A DNA stretch of 38,345 nucleotides from a virus (Duplodnaviria; Caudoviricetes): positions 1-38,345 of IMG/VR virus record IMGVR_UViG_3300030397_000280. One strand, 5' to 3'. Numbering within the stretch: the stretch's first letter is position 1; every line of letters begins with the position of its first letter. Below are positions 25,549 through 34,659 of this stretch, in pieces. The translations under genes and the position numbers were made by a program. Below the pieces are notes generated by a model. That model worked only from the letters and a program-made list of their open reading frames with translations, did no database searches and had not been told where the DNA came from.

Positions 25549-25691
25549 TACTTAGCCTTCACCTTGGGACGTTTGACTTTCTGTTTGCCGAATGGCTTCT
25601 GAACAGTCTCTACAGCTTTCTTCGCTGCAGCCTTCTTCGTGACTTTCTTCGCCGTTCGCTTGGTGGTTTTCTTCGCTGGCTTCTTTGCCAT
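25548..25691 (-). CDS. 47-aa Lys/Ala-rich histone H1-like peptide (missed by the ORF track)
   Basis: AGGAG SD; MAKKPAKKTTKRTAKKVTKKAAAKKAVETVQKPFGKQKVKRPKVKAK; its TAA overlaps the next ATG. Confidence 0.75.
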   Translation of the reverse strand: MAKKPAKKTTKRTAKKVTKKAAAKKAVETVQKPFGKQKVKRPKVKAK

Positions 25692-25703
25692 GATGAACTC
25701 CTG

Positions 25704-25730
25704 AAAAAGAGAGGGGGCTTTCGCCCCCTC
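25704..25730 (-). terminator. Intrinsic terminator after the major capsid gene
   Basis: GAGGGGGC-GAAA-GCCCCCTC stem followed by TCTTTTT on the minus strand. Confidence 0.8.
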
Positions 25731-25743
25731 AAGACCCTGTGGC

Positions 25744-26634
25744 TTACGGGTTGGTTGCGTCAGCTACGCGCATACGAACAACGTGCTCGTCCTCAATCCG
25801 AACCGCGCCAGCGGTGAACTGAGCGTAAGGACGCCAGGCGTAGGACAGGCTTGGGTCTTTCTCGACCTCAGTGATGACTTCCTGCGGGCAGTGGAACCCA
25901 ATGGCGTTCTGCTTCATCAGGAAGGCGTCACGCTCACCGGATGCACCAGTGATGCGGGTTGACAGAACCCAGTTGATGCCGAACCAGCCAGCGGCGATTT
26001 TGTTCTGCATCAGAGCATTCGCAATCGCGTAATCGCTGGACGTGACTTCAACCTCACCCAACAGCTCGTTAAGCTGCTGTGGACCAATCACGCCAATGGT
26101 GGCCAGATCCTCGTCAACGTCTGCCTCGTTGAATACCTGGATAGCGTCTTTGACCAAATCAAAGGTCATGGCGCCAGTGCCGTCGCCAACGGTCTGCCCC
26201 GCCGGAAGCGCAACATTGCTCGGCGCGTTGGTCGCGTCGTTGTTGCGTACCGAGTTGAGGGCATTGCCAAGAGCGGCGGTGATAACCAGGTCATCCTTCT
26301 TGCGGCCCATGGTCATGCCCAGGGACTTCACAATGTTGGAGTTGGGGTCTGCCAGCATCTGGAACGGGTCTTCCAGCTCGGTGACTTCCGCATCGTTGTA
26401 CGGCTGTGCCAGGGCAATCCTGCGTGACCAAACACGGCCACCCTCGGGGGTTGCCATCTTGCGGGTCTTGGCTGATGCCTCGGCGTCACCCAGGCGGTCC
26501 CAGTTACCGGTCTCTGCTGCTTCGCTCAGATGGTCGGTGAACGGGATGAGCTTGGAATACTTCTGCTGTGAAAGGTGGCGAACATTCGCCTGAAATGCGT
26601 CCTTGCGGACTTGCTGTAAAGTTGCATTAGACAT
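25744..26634 (-). CDS. Major capsid protein
   Basis: F.ANV.HL.QQ..SKL, GR..DD..I.A, G.W.G..W, GAVRIE...VV; follows the scaffold; GGAGG SD. Confidence 0.9.
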   Translation of the reverse strand: MSNATLQQVRKDAFQANVRHLSQQKYSKLIPFTDHLSEAAETGNWDRLGDAEASAKTRKMATPEGGRVWSRRIALAQPYNDAEVTELEDPFQMLADPNSNIVKSLGMTMGRKKDDLVITAALGNALNSVRNNDATNAPSNVALPAGQTVGDGTGAMTFDLVKDAIQVFNEADVDEDLATIGVIGPQQLNELLGEVEVTSSDYAIANALMQNKIAAGWFGINWVLSTRITGASGERDAFLMKQNAIGFHCPQEVITEVEKDPSLSYAWRPYAQFTAGAVRIEDEHVVRMRVADATNP

Positions 26635-26759
26635 GATGTGTCCTCCATTAATGCGTTTAAAATCAAACGTCTATGGAGGTTGTCCATCATGTGATGGGCC
26701 TCACTGCGCTGCCGGATGGGCGCTTGCGCGTTATCCAGCGGCCAGCGGGATGTGACGTA

Positions 26760-27542
26760 TCAGGCTGCGGTTGCGGCCTTTTCCATAAGGCGCATCCTCT
26801 TTCGGTTCAGCGCCTTGTACTCATCGCTGCCATATGGCACTTCGCCACTGGTCAGCTTTTTGAGAATTTCGTTTGCCTGCAGCCCTGCCTCTTCGGCTGT
26901 GAGCTGCGGCGTTGGGTCATTCGGTTGGTGTGCGCCCTGCGGGTCTTGACGGAACTTGGTGCTGATATTGGCCAGCAACACCACCAGCTCAGGCGTCAGG
27001 TGCTCTACGGGCAGGTCCGCGTGGGCAAACTCTTCAATCAGCGCAGTAGCGGCCTGCACACTGGCGTTTTCAGCCGCGCCCAGGATTCGGGTCATCTTCT
27101 GTGCCTTCTCGGCTGTGATGGCCTCTGCCTCTTCCACTAGCGCCTGGCGCTCTTCGTTCAGGTGCTTGGTTACACGCTCGAACTGGTCGGCGGTCAGGTT
27201 CCCTGCCAACGCCATAGCCCTCGCTTTGCCCTGCGTGGCCTCGTCAAACTCAACGCCATCCGGGATCACGTAACCATCGGCCTCGGCTGGGGCGCCGGCC
27301 CACTTCCAGAACTCATCGTTACCCGGCTTGACCGTCAGCGATGGGTCAGCCTTGATTAAGCTCTGGCGAAATGCCTCTTTGTCTTCTTCTGGCGCATCCG
27401 GGCCTGGTACCGATACAGCACGGCCCATTTTCGCCTCAAGGTTGACGTAACTCTCAGCCAAAGAACCCACGTCCTTGAACTTCGTGAGGGTTTCGCTTGC
27501 GCGTAAATCTTCGTTCTCAATTTGTTCCAGCCACTCGGCCAT
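26760..27542 (-). CDS. Scaffolding protein
   Basis: W.....L.KFKD..SLA.SY.NLE..MG.....PG, G.P....GY pattern; between portal and capsid. Confidence 0.75.
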   Translation of the reverse strand: MAEWLEQIENEDLRASETLTKFKDVGSLAESYVNLEAKMGRAVSVPGPDAPEEDKEAFRQSLIKADPSLTVKPGNDEFWKWAGAPAEADGYVIPDGVEFDEATQGKARAMALAGNLTADQFERVTKHLNEERQALVEEAEAITAEKAQKMTRILGAAENASVQAATALIEEFAHADLPVEHLTPELVVLLANISTKFRQDPQGAHQPNDPTPQLTAEEAGLQANEILKKLTSGEVPYGSDEYKALNRKRMRLMEKAATAA

Positions 27543-27804
27543 TTTCTAACCTCTTTTTCATATCAAGCCATACATTCTGGCCACCGATTCCCATGCCTGT
27601 GGCGATGGGATCTACGGCGCCATCTCGGGTTTGCCGTGCCGGTGAGCGATACCCGTACTGCTCTTCCAGGTACCTCCAGCACATAGCCGCTTCTCGTGGC
27701 CCGGCCTGCCCTGTAATCCACAGGTAAAAGGCCCGGTCCAGCTCGCGGTTCTTCTTCTGTTGGGCAACCACTTTTTCATGGGTTGCTTTGTTTCTCTTTC
27801 TCAT
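27517..27804 (-). CDS. Small hypothetical protein after the portal
   Basis: Coupled to the portal; DP.......G.Q.V pattern. Confidence 0.6.
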   Translation of the reverse strand: MRKRNKATHEKVVAQQKKNRELDRAFYLWITGQAGPREAAMCWRYLEEQYGYRSPARQTRDGAVDPIATGMGIGGQNVWLDMKKRLENGRVAGTN

Positions 27805-29393
27805 TCTGTCGCCGCCTGTTCTGCCTCAGCGGCAGTCTTGACGGTCTCGGCACCAGTCTTCAAAACCTCTGCCTTGGAAGCGGCCTCCTGCATCTCCTGG
27901 CGCTTCTCACGCATTGCTTTCATTTCATCTTCATCGGTCAGCATGGAAACAGGCACACCACGAACCTCGGCAAGATGCCGGGCGTATTCGTCTTCATTGA
28001 CGTTATCCAGAACGGTGGGCTTGGCTTCTGCAACCGCCATCAGCCCTTGCATCCATGCCTCAATGGACACGGCCTGCTCGCCTTTCTCGGCGCGCGGCAG
28101 CGGCGATGTGTACTCGATGTCTATGTCGGCCTCTTCAAGACCGTCAGGCAGCGGCTTGAGCTGTCCTGTGCGTAACAGGATCTTGACCAGGTTTTCCACC
28201 AGTGGGTCGAGCAAGTCCGTCTTCAGGCGTCCCAGTGTTGGCGCCATGTAACGGGCCATTTCCTCGCGCCTGGCCATAACCTCGGTGGCTGTCATGGCAG
28301 GGGAGTCTTTCAGTTCCAGCAGGTCAATGAAGAACGCCTTGCGGATGTCGTTCTGCATCCGGTTAATGGTCGCCTCTTCCTTGTCCAACGGCGAGGTTGG
28401 CAGCAGTTCCTTGAAGTCCTCCAGGTTGTCTGCAAACGTGATGCCGCCCGGTGTGATGTCATAGTCAGACAACAAATTGTTACCGGTTGTGACTACAGGC
28501 GGATCAATGGCCTTGGCCCTGGCTTCGTACACCTGTGCCACCGTTTCGTTGAGCATCCGAATATGTGGCAGCATTTCCATGGCTGGGGAGGTTCCCCACA
28601 CGCTGCCGGCCACCTTGGAATAGCGCGGAATCATGACCGGCCAGTGGTAGTAGCCGCCCTCTTCCAGTGTTTCGTTGCTGCTCCTGAGAACGTACTGATA
28701 CCCAACGGGCCGCGCTTCCGGGGTCAGCGGCTTGGATATGTCCGCGTCCTTGTCCCGGTAGTACACGCAGAACACCACGGTTTTTTTGGTGTCCACGTCA
28801 TCGTCTTCAGTCACGTAGTCAAACCGGTCTTTCAGCTGCAGGTCGGTGTACTGAATTTCCCGGTACGTCCGTAACGGCTTGCCATCACCACCGTTCTCAA
28901 AGAACGTGTTGGACATTGACCAGGCTGTGAAGTCCACGCCCTCATAGTTGATGTCGTTCTTTTCTTCCATGAACAGCGGGGAAGTGGCGAATGTCACCAG
29001 GTCGTGATAGTTCTCCGCTACCTCGGTATCGAAGTCAGACTCCTGGAGCGCCTGCCATGCTCTGGTCTGCGTGTCCTCAAGCCATTCCTTGTAGGCCACA
29101 TCGTCGTTCTTATCACTATCCCTGAAGCGAAGGCCAAACCATCGCACCGTTGGGCTGGTAATGGCGCCGTGCATCTTGGAGGCCAGCAGCTTGGCGCTCA
29201 CAATCGCCGTGCTGTCCCATATCTCGTATCGAAGCCAATCCACTTCGCTCTCAGTGGACAAGTCCCTGTAGAACTCCCCACGATACGGCGCAACATAGTG
29301 CTCGATGTCTTGCAGCAGGTTATTCATGGAACTTCTGGCACTCTTCAGCGCCTGGTAACGCTGAATGATTTCCTTCGGTCCCATGTCGTTCAT
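27801..29393 (-). CDS. Portal (head-tail connector, T7-like family)
   Basis: DSTA....LAS..G..TSP...WF.L, PR......WG.SP, MTATEV..R.EE, I.Y.SPL.RA. Confidence 0.9.
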   Translation of the reverse strand: MNDMGPKEIIQRYQALKSARSSMNNLLQDIEHYVAPYRGEFYRDLSTESEVDWLRYEIWDSTAIVSAKLLASKMHGAITSPTVRWFGLRFRDSDKNDDVAYKEWLEDTQTRAWQALQESDFDTEVAENYHDLVTFATSPLFMEEKNDINYEGVDFTAWSMSNTFFENGGDGKPLRTYREIQYTDLQLKDRFDYVTEDDDVDTKKTVVFCVYYRDKDADISKPLTPEARPVGYQYVLRSSNETLEEGGYYHWPVMIPRYSKVAGSVWGTSPAMEMLPHIRMLNETVAQVYEARAKAIDPPVVTTGNNLLSDYDITPGGITFADNLEDFKELLPTSPLDKEEATINRMQNDIRKAFFIDLLELKDSPAMTATEVMARREEMARYMAPTLGRLKTDLLDPLVENLVKILLRTGQLKPLPDGLEEADIDIEYTSPLPRAEKGEQAVSIEAWMQGLMAVAEAKPTVLDNVNEDEYARHLAEVRGVPVSMLTDEDEMKAMREKRQEMQEAASKAEVLKTGAETVKTAAEAEQAATE

Positions 29394-29590
29394 ATTCGCC
29401 TGCGCTTGAGTGCTCTCATTCGGATGGTTTTCGGTTTCTTGTGCTGGTTGATACTGTTGTAAAACTCGGCTGTTTCGTCAGCCAACTGCTGCCGCGCTTT
29501 CTCCTGCTCGGACATATCTGCTGCTGCTTCATCGGCTGTCTGCTGCGCCAACCGCTCCAGCTCTGCCCATTCAGCGTCCGTGTACTTCAA
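29390..29590 (-). CDS. Hypothetical protein
   Basis: Coupled between terL and portal. Confidence 0.65.
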   Translation of the reverse strand: MKYTDAEWAELERLAQQTADEAAADMSEQEKARQQLADETAEFYNSINQHKKPKTIRMRALKRRRI

Positions 29591-30897
29591 AACCGTCCCA
29601 GCCTTTGGTTTGCCATTCGCCTGGTTTTTGGTGGCCTGCGCGGCCCCGCTCGTGGCGCCTCATACGCCACCGCCATTAATCCAAACCCATCCGCCCCATG
29701 GCTGGCCCAGTCATGTTCTGGTCCCAGTCCAATGTTGCGGTTTTCATCCCATTTCTCGTGATACCAGCCCAGTGCTTCAAGACCAGGCCGGCAGGTTTCT
29801 TCGTTGAACCAGCACATGGGGAATATCCGCCGTGCTTCTTCAATGCGCTTCATTGCAGCCCCGGTTCCCTGGTTGGGAATGACCGTGACTTTGTAGCCTG
29901 CGTCTTTGAATGCTGACTCGTAGCTGACGCGATACACGCGGTCATTGGTGCCGCCATCGTGCGGAAGCCAAATGCCCGTGTTGTCCGGCGTGTAGCCGCT
30001 GTTTCTTAGCCAGTGAAGGTGGTCGCCCAGCTCCTGCCCCACCGCCTCGTAGTAGTTCAGAACGCGAATCTCTCGCGCTACGAACTGAACCACCCACATA
30101 GCAAAGGCGTCTGACTTGGCCCCTGTGCCACCGATATCCACGTAAACGCGATAGGACAGCAGTGGGTCAGCCGAAACCCTGCCAATGCGCCCCTGAGCCT
30201 TTGCGGCTGCGAGGGCTTTGGCGTAGTACGCGCCCTTCGTGACCACGGCGTAACCACCATCCCATATGTGGTCGTACTCTTCAGGCTCGTTGTTCAGGCA
30301 GTCTTGGCGTTCTTGCTCAAGCTCTGGCGTGAACCAGGGATTGTGGTTCCAATTAGCCCGAACACTGATGGCTCCGGTTGGCGGCTTACCGCCTCGAAAC
30401 ATCATGTCAACAGGGTCGTTCTTCCTGCGCGGGTTCCAGCTAAAGTGCAGCTCTGAACCGGGTGCGCGGATAGTGGGCCGCAATAGCTTGAGGCTTCTTT
30501 CAGATAGCGTCTGCGCCTCTTCCACCCATGCCCGGTTGAAGCCTTCGAGCGACTTCACAGACTCGGCGTTGTGGTCGTTCATGCCATGGAACACAATGAT
30601 TCCATCGCCTGGCGTGACTATTCGGTCATGGTAAATCTGAAAGCCTGAACCAGCCCGTAAAAGTCCAAGCCCCCGGATCTTGTCTTCCATGAGCTGCTTG
30701 GCTGAGTCTCTTAGAGACTTTTGCACCTCGCGGATGCAGACTGTTCTACACCCCGATATCCGGATTGAATCGTCTATCTCGTGGCCGGCAAAGAAGTGGG
30801 ACTTCCCGCTGCCCCTTCCCCCGTATGCTCCCTTATACCGCGCCGCCTCCAGCAAAGGCACGAATACCTCTGCTGTCGGAATGTTGAGTGTGGTCAC
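29587..30897 (-). CDS. terL: Terminase large subunit (PBSX-like family)
   Basis: GGRGSGKS Walker A, WVEEA Walker B, SWNP, LPHD and HDWASHGADGF nuclease motifs. Confidence 0.95.
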   Translation of the reverse strand: MTTLNIPTAEVFVPLLEAARYKGAYGGRGSGKSHFFAGHEIDDSIRISGCRTVCIREVQKSLRDSAKQLMEDKIRGLGLLRAGSGFQIYHDRIVTPGDGIIVFHGMNDHNAESVKSLEGFNRAWVEEAQTLSERSLKLLRPTIRAPGSELHFSWNPRRKNDPVDMMFRGGKPPTGAISVRANWNHNPWFTPELEQERQDCLNNEPEEYDHIWDGGYAVVTKGAYYAKALAAAKAQGRIGRVSADPLLSYRVYVDIGGTGAKSDAFAMWVVQFVAREIRVLNYYEAVGQELGDHLHWLRNSGYTPDNTGIWLPHDGGTNDRVYRVSYESAFKDAGYKVTVIPNQGTGAAMKRIEEARRIFPMCWFNEETCRPGLEALGWYHEKWDENRNIGLGPEHDWASHGADGFGLMAVAYEAPRAGPRRPPKTRRMANQRLGRF

Positions 30898-31280
30898 TCA
30901 TCCCCTAGCGACATATCGGGACTGGCGTCTGAGCCTGGTCTTACAACCGTGCGGCGAACTTCCGTGATTTCAATTCCGCCCTCATGCTCGCGGACTTGTT
31001 TGTCCTGCCAGCCGAAGTTCTTCAAGGCAAATATGTCACCGCTGCGGCCTTGCTTACGCAATGACAGCTCGTAGGCGTTCTCAATCTTCAGCTTGGCCCG
31101 TAAAACGATATCGCCAAACTCTTCCTTGCGCTGGTAGTCCAGTAGCGTGACCCTTGAAGTATCCAGCGCGAGAGCCAAACCAGTGATGGTCCATTCCTCT
31201 TGCGGAGTCTCTTCCAGGTACTCATCAATCGCCCGTTGAAGGTCTTCGGGCTTTTCCCATTTAATGATTCCCGAAGTCAC
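30894..31280 (-). CDS. terS: Terminase small subunit (DNA-packaging gp3-like)
   Basis: I.EY....TITGLALAL..SR.TL.DY...IFALKN.GW.D. Confidence 0.85.
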   Translation of the reverse strand: MTSGIIKWEKPEDLQRAIDEYLEETPQEEWTITGLALALDTSRVTLLDYQRKEEFGDIVLRAKLKIENAYELSLRKQGRSGDIFALKNFGWQDKQVREHEGGIEITEVRRTVVRPGSDASPDMSLGDE

Positions 31281-31320
31281 ATTTTTTTACCGTGTAAGTT
31301 TAAGCGAAAGGAAACTGGCA

Positions 31321-31346
31321 ATAAAAAACCCGCCGGGAGGCGGGTC
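31321..31346 (-). terminator. tR'-like terminator before the late operon
   Basis: ACCCGCC-TCCC-GGCGGGT followed by TTTTTAT on the minus strand. Confidence 0.8.
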
Positions 31347-31372
31347 TTAGTCAGTATTCCTAGGTTGCGCCA

Positions 31373-31401
31373 ATAATAATTTACCTACGCATTCCAGTCA
31401 A
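31373..31401 (-). promoter_or_regulatory. pR'-like late promoter
   Basis: TTGACT (31401-31396), 17-bp spacer, TATTAT (31378-31373), just upstream of the terminator. Confidence 0.75.
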
Positions 31402-31862
31402 TCGAAGTGTCCGGCCAGTATTGCCTCTTCAATGCTGGACATAAATACTTCCCGCGTAATCTGCTGTGGTGAGCCTGCGTCAATGAAGGGCTGTATGCAG
31501 CCAGGATGGAACCACTCACGGCGTATGTGCCATTTGCTCATGAGTCGGTGAATATCTCTTTCCAGGTGTTCCGGTGGAATCAGTTTTGTGTAGTTGAGAA
31601 CGTCCCTCTGCCGGTATGGTGCGATATAGAACGGTATGGTGATTTCTCGAGGGTTTGAGGTTACGATTCCGGCCAGCCTGTTGTCCAGGTTGTTCGCTAC
31701 CCCAATCTTCACATGACCCGGACTGCCATCAAGCCGAGTTTCCTGCATGAAGTAAATGTGACTGTCTCTGCGTATCCGAACGTCCCATGTGTTCTCGCGT
31801 ATGAGCCGCAGGCTTAAGACTGCATGTTCAAGGGAAGTCAGGCTTTCCGCTGCGTCACCCAT
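31398..31862 (-). CDS. T5orf172/MUG113 (GIY-YIG-like) domain protein
   Basis: IYFMQ..VKIG.A.N...RL..I.T.NP...LE..IH.....I..EWF. Confidence 0.8.
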   Translation of the reverse strand: MGDAAESLTSLEHAVLSLRLIRENTWDVRIRRDSHIYFMQETRLDGSPGHVKIGVANNLDNRLAGIVTSNPREITIPFYIAPYRQRDVLNYTKLIPPEHLERDIHRLMSKWHIRREWFHPGCIQPFIDAGSPQQITREVFMSSIEEAILAGHFD

Positions 31863-32622
31863 AGAGCCTCACGCTGAGATAGGTCTGGTTCGCAACATTG
31901 GCCGCACCGATTGTGACCGCTACGCCGATATCAAATACCTGGAGTTTGTACTTGTCTCCGGATGAATGGTCTGGAACCAGGAAGCCGGGAATCATGGCCC
32001 CGCCTTCGTCCTGTGTGTTGTTACGGCTGGAGTAATTGCTGTTCTCTGCAATCTTTGAATAGCCGCCGCCCGTGTCCCTGAGAAGCAATACGTGGGTTTC
32101 GTTTCGATTGTTGGCGTTGTTCCAGCCCTGCACTACCACCGTGAAGTCTGGTACGCCTACAGCGTTGATAGTCAGCTCGCCCGTGGTTCCGTTCCATGAG
32201 TACGGCGTATCCGATACCGCTGGTGTTCCCCACATTCCAGCCAGGTCCGCGGCTGTGCCTGTGGTCAGTTGGCCAGTGCTTCCGTCATCTGCCACCTGGA
32301 ATAAATCAATGGTTGCGCCACCGCCTCCACCACCTGATTCATCTTCCCAGTCAGTGTCAAAGTCTGTGCCGGATTGCTTTTTCAGAACTTGGCCTGTGGT
32401 GCCTCCAGTTGGAACACCTTGACCATCGGCCCCATCCGAACCTGCCGGACCCTGAGTGCCTTGCGGACCTTGAGCGCCATCGTTGCCTGCTGGCCCCTGT
32501 GCGCCATCCGCACCATCATTACCCGCTGGACCCTGCGCTCCGTCTGAGCCTGGTGGCCCTGCTGGTCCGCGCAAGTCTCGGCGCGTGAACTCTTTTTCAT
32601 TTTTGGGATATTTCCGTGGCAT
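31855..32622 (-). CDS. Collagen-like fibre protein
   Basis: 16 Gly-X-Y triplets (32425-32568), GGTTGQVLKK..TDFDT.W neck motif, beta-rich C-terminal head. Confidence 0.8.
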   Translation of the reverse strand: MPRKYPKNEKEFTRRDLRGPAGPPGSDGAQGPAGNDGADGAQGPAGNDGAQGPQGTQGPAGSDGADGQGVPTGGTTGQVLKKQSGTDFDTDWEDESGGGGGGATIDLFQVADDGSTGQLTTGTAADLAGMWGTPAVSDTPYSWNGTTGELTINAVGVPDFTVVVQGWNNANNRNETHVLLLRDTGGGYSKIAENSNYSSRNNTQDEGGAMIPGFLVPDHSSGDKYKLQVFDIGVAVTIGAANVANQTYLSVRLYG

Positions 32623-33098
32623 TACGCGGCCTCCGTTTCCAGTATTCCAATGCTTCTCATGTGGTCACTGGCCTGGTTGAGTCCGCACTTCTCGAAATGT
32701 CTGGCCTGCTTTGTAACCTCACCCTGCCAACGTTCCAGTGTTCTCTGTGAGCGCCCGGTGTTGCCCACCCACTTTTCCCACTGCGGTTTTTCCAGCCTGG
32801 CCCACTTTCTCAAGACGTGTACACAGAATCCGCGTGATTGGCATTCGATGCGGGGAGCCAGCAACGCTATGGCTGTCCCCCTAGATTCTCGCTCTGGAAT
32901 GTATTGCGCCTGTACCGCTCTGAGGTACGGTCCCTGTAGCGCGTCATGCAGAGCCATGATGATGTAGCTGGCCTGGATGATGTTTTCCTGCGCTGTAAAG
33001 CCAGATCCCGGCATTCGTGGCGTTAGTGTGCCTCGCAGCGCCCCTGCCTTTGATAGCAGGATGTATGCGTACCGAATGGCGTCTACTGCATCATTCAT
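32622..33098 (-). CDS. Putative late antiterminator (Q-like)
   Basis: Size, C-terminal HTH-like GRSQRTLERW, and position after the nin genes and before pR'/tR'. Confidence 0.5.
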   Translation of the reverse strand: MNDAVDAIRYAYILLSKAGALRGTLTPRMPGSGFTAQENIIQASYIIMALHDALQGPYLRAVQAQYIPERESRGTAIALLAPRIECQSRGFCVHVLRKWARLEKPQWEKWVGNTGRSQRTLERWQGEVTKQARHFEKCGLNQASDHMRSIGILETEAA

Positions 33099-33179
33099 GT
33101 TTCTTCCTCAGTCGGTTCAGCATTGATAGAACTACGCCTATGAATGAAATGGCCTCGGCTGCGGTGTGGTATGTGCGGG

Positions 33180-33464
33180 TCATATCATCAGCCCCTTCTC
33201 TTTGAACTTGTCCTGCGTCTCTCTCAGGCCGCAGATAATCCGCTCCAGCATTTCCTTTTCCATCATGGATATTCGTGTCCTGCCATCAATTGCGTCATGG
33301 CAACCCGAACAGGCGTATACCGCGAAGGTGTCAGGCGGCTTGCAGCCCATACCGAAATGACCTATCCGGATATGGGCCAGCACCGTTGTCTCTGGATTGC
33401 CGTTACAGCAAATGAGCCTGAGAGAACACTGCTCGCCTTTGGCTGATGCGCGGAGTTTGTTCAC
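33180..33464 (-). CDS. ybcO: YbcO/DUF1364 putative nuclease
   Basis: LR.SAKGE.C.LR...CN.NPETTVLAH.R...GMG.KP.D...YACS.CHD.ID.R. Confidence 0.85.
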   Translation of the reverse strand: MNKLRASAKGEQCSLRLICCNGNPETTVLAHIRIGHFGMGCKPPDTFAVYACSGCHDAIDGRTRISMMEKEMLERIICGLRETQDKFKEKGLMI

Positions 33465-33691
33465 TGCTTAACCTTCAGGCGCAGCATTAGGCTGTCAATG
33501 CTCGATTCATGCACTCCGTGGTGCATACTTGGCCTGGTCCAGCCGCCTCTACATTCGTAAAAGTGGCCGTGCAGAATTTCCAGCTCTACCCCGCTTTCCC
33601 TGATGGCCTTGATTGCCTTCTTCTCCCAATCGCTTTCAGGGGTCAGGATGACTTGGGTAACGCCTTCATCTACGTACAGTGCTGTTTTCAT
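33461..33691 (-). CDS. Hypothetical protein
   Basis: Coupled ORF in the nin region. Confidence 0.65.
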   Translation of the reverse strand: MKTALYVDEGVTQVILTPESDWEKKAIKAIRESGVELEILHGHFYECRGGWTRPSMHHGVHESSIDSLMLRLKVKQ

Positions 33692-34086
33692 GTCCCGTAC
33701 TGCCTCCCGCTATCAAAGAATACGCCCCACTCTTCAATGGCATGGGCCGCTACCTTGTCGCAGTAGTCGGCAAATTCCGCTGTAGTCAGCTTCGTGGTTG
33801 ATTTCGGAAAGGGCTTGCCGTTCATGGGATTGGTTTCAACAGGGCAGAACTTCCACCTGCAGATTTCGTGTACGTGCTGCGGTGTTACGGCCTTTCCGGT
33901 GGATTCTGATATCTGCTCCGCGATGGGTCGGTATATGCCGCCCCACAGGTAGCTGTTCTGGCGTATGGTCCGGGCCTGCTTCCAGGGCTTCAGGGAAATT
34001 ACCCAGCCTTCGCCTAGATCCAGCTTCTCGAAAAACTCCATGAGGGGCTTTCGCTGGGCTTCGGATTTGAAGTTCAGGGATTTCAT
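33688..34086 (-). CDS. NinB/YbcN-like recombination protein
   Basis: RT.RQN.YLW and STTKL...EF..Y motifs; ATG 34086 overlaps the upstream stop. Confidence 0.75.
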   Translation of the reverse strand: MKSLNFKSEAQRKPLMEFFEKLDLGEGWVISLKPWKQARTIRQNSYLWGGIYRPIAEQISESTGKAVTPQHVHEICRWKFCPVETNPMNGKPFPKSTTKLTTAEFADYCDKVAAHAIEEWGVFFDSGRQYGT

Positions 34087-34241
34087 TTGCCGACAATCAG
34101 GTACAGCTCTGCCAGGTCGTCTGACATTTGCTCTACCTGCTCCTGTAGCTGGTTTCTCTCTACCGTCAGGCAGATAACCCGCCATACCAGTACGGCGCTG
34201 AATATCGCCAGCAGAATGTTGATTGCGATGAGTGTGCTCAT
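34083..34241 (-). CDS. 52-aa membrane-anchored peptide
   Basis: Hand translation MSTLIAINILLAIFSAVLVWRVICL...; ATGA overlaps at both ends. Confidence 0.55.
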   Translation of the reverse strand: MSTLIAINILLAIFSAVLVWRVICLTVERNQLQEQVEQMSDDLAELYLIVGK

Positions 34242-34468
34242 ACCATTGCCAGTGCTTTTTTAAGGCGCCTATTTGGGGTCTTGCCCCCGGCGCGATGTGA
34301 AACCGCTTCTGCGGTGCGGTGCGGCACGTTCAGGTCTCGAAGCGTATGGAACACCACCTGTTGCGTGTACGCCTCGTATGGGTTGTGAATGCAGTTGGAG
34401 CTGGGGATGGCGACTATCTGGCAGTTGCGGTGGAACAGCTTCCGGACATTGGGGGTTAGCCGGGTCAC
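34238..34468 (-). CDS. Hypothetical protein
   Basis: Coupled ORF in the PR operon. Confidence 0.55.
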   Translation of the reverse strand: MTRLTPNVRKLFHRNCQIVAIPSSNCIHNPYEAYTQQVVFHTLRDLNVPHRTAEAVSHRAGGKTPNRRLKKALAMV

Positions 34469-34659
34469 TAGTAATTACCCTCATCCCAGTCACTCTCCGG
34501 AACCCATCTTGATTGCTGTAACAGGCTCCAGAGAGTCATAGGCAGGGGCTTGCCTTCCAAGACGTCCAGCATGTCCAACATGCCCTTCACGTACTGGTTT
34601 GCACCGTAGGCGGCGCGGAATCGCTCAACCTGCTCTCTGGCTTCTGCAGCCGCAGTCAT
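34468..34659 (-). CDS. Hypothetical protein
   Basis: Coupled ORF in the PR operon. Confidence 0.6.
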   Translation of the reverse strand: MTAAAEAREQVERFRAAYGANQYVKGMLDMLDVLEGKPLPMTLWSLLQQSRWVPESDWDEGNY

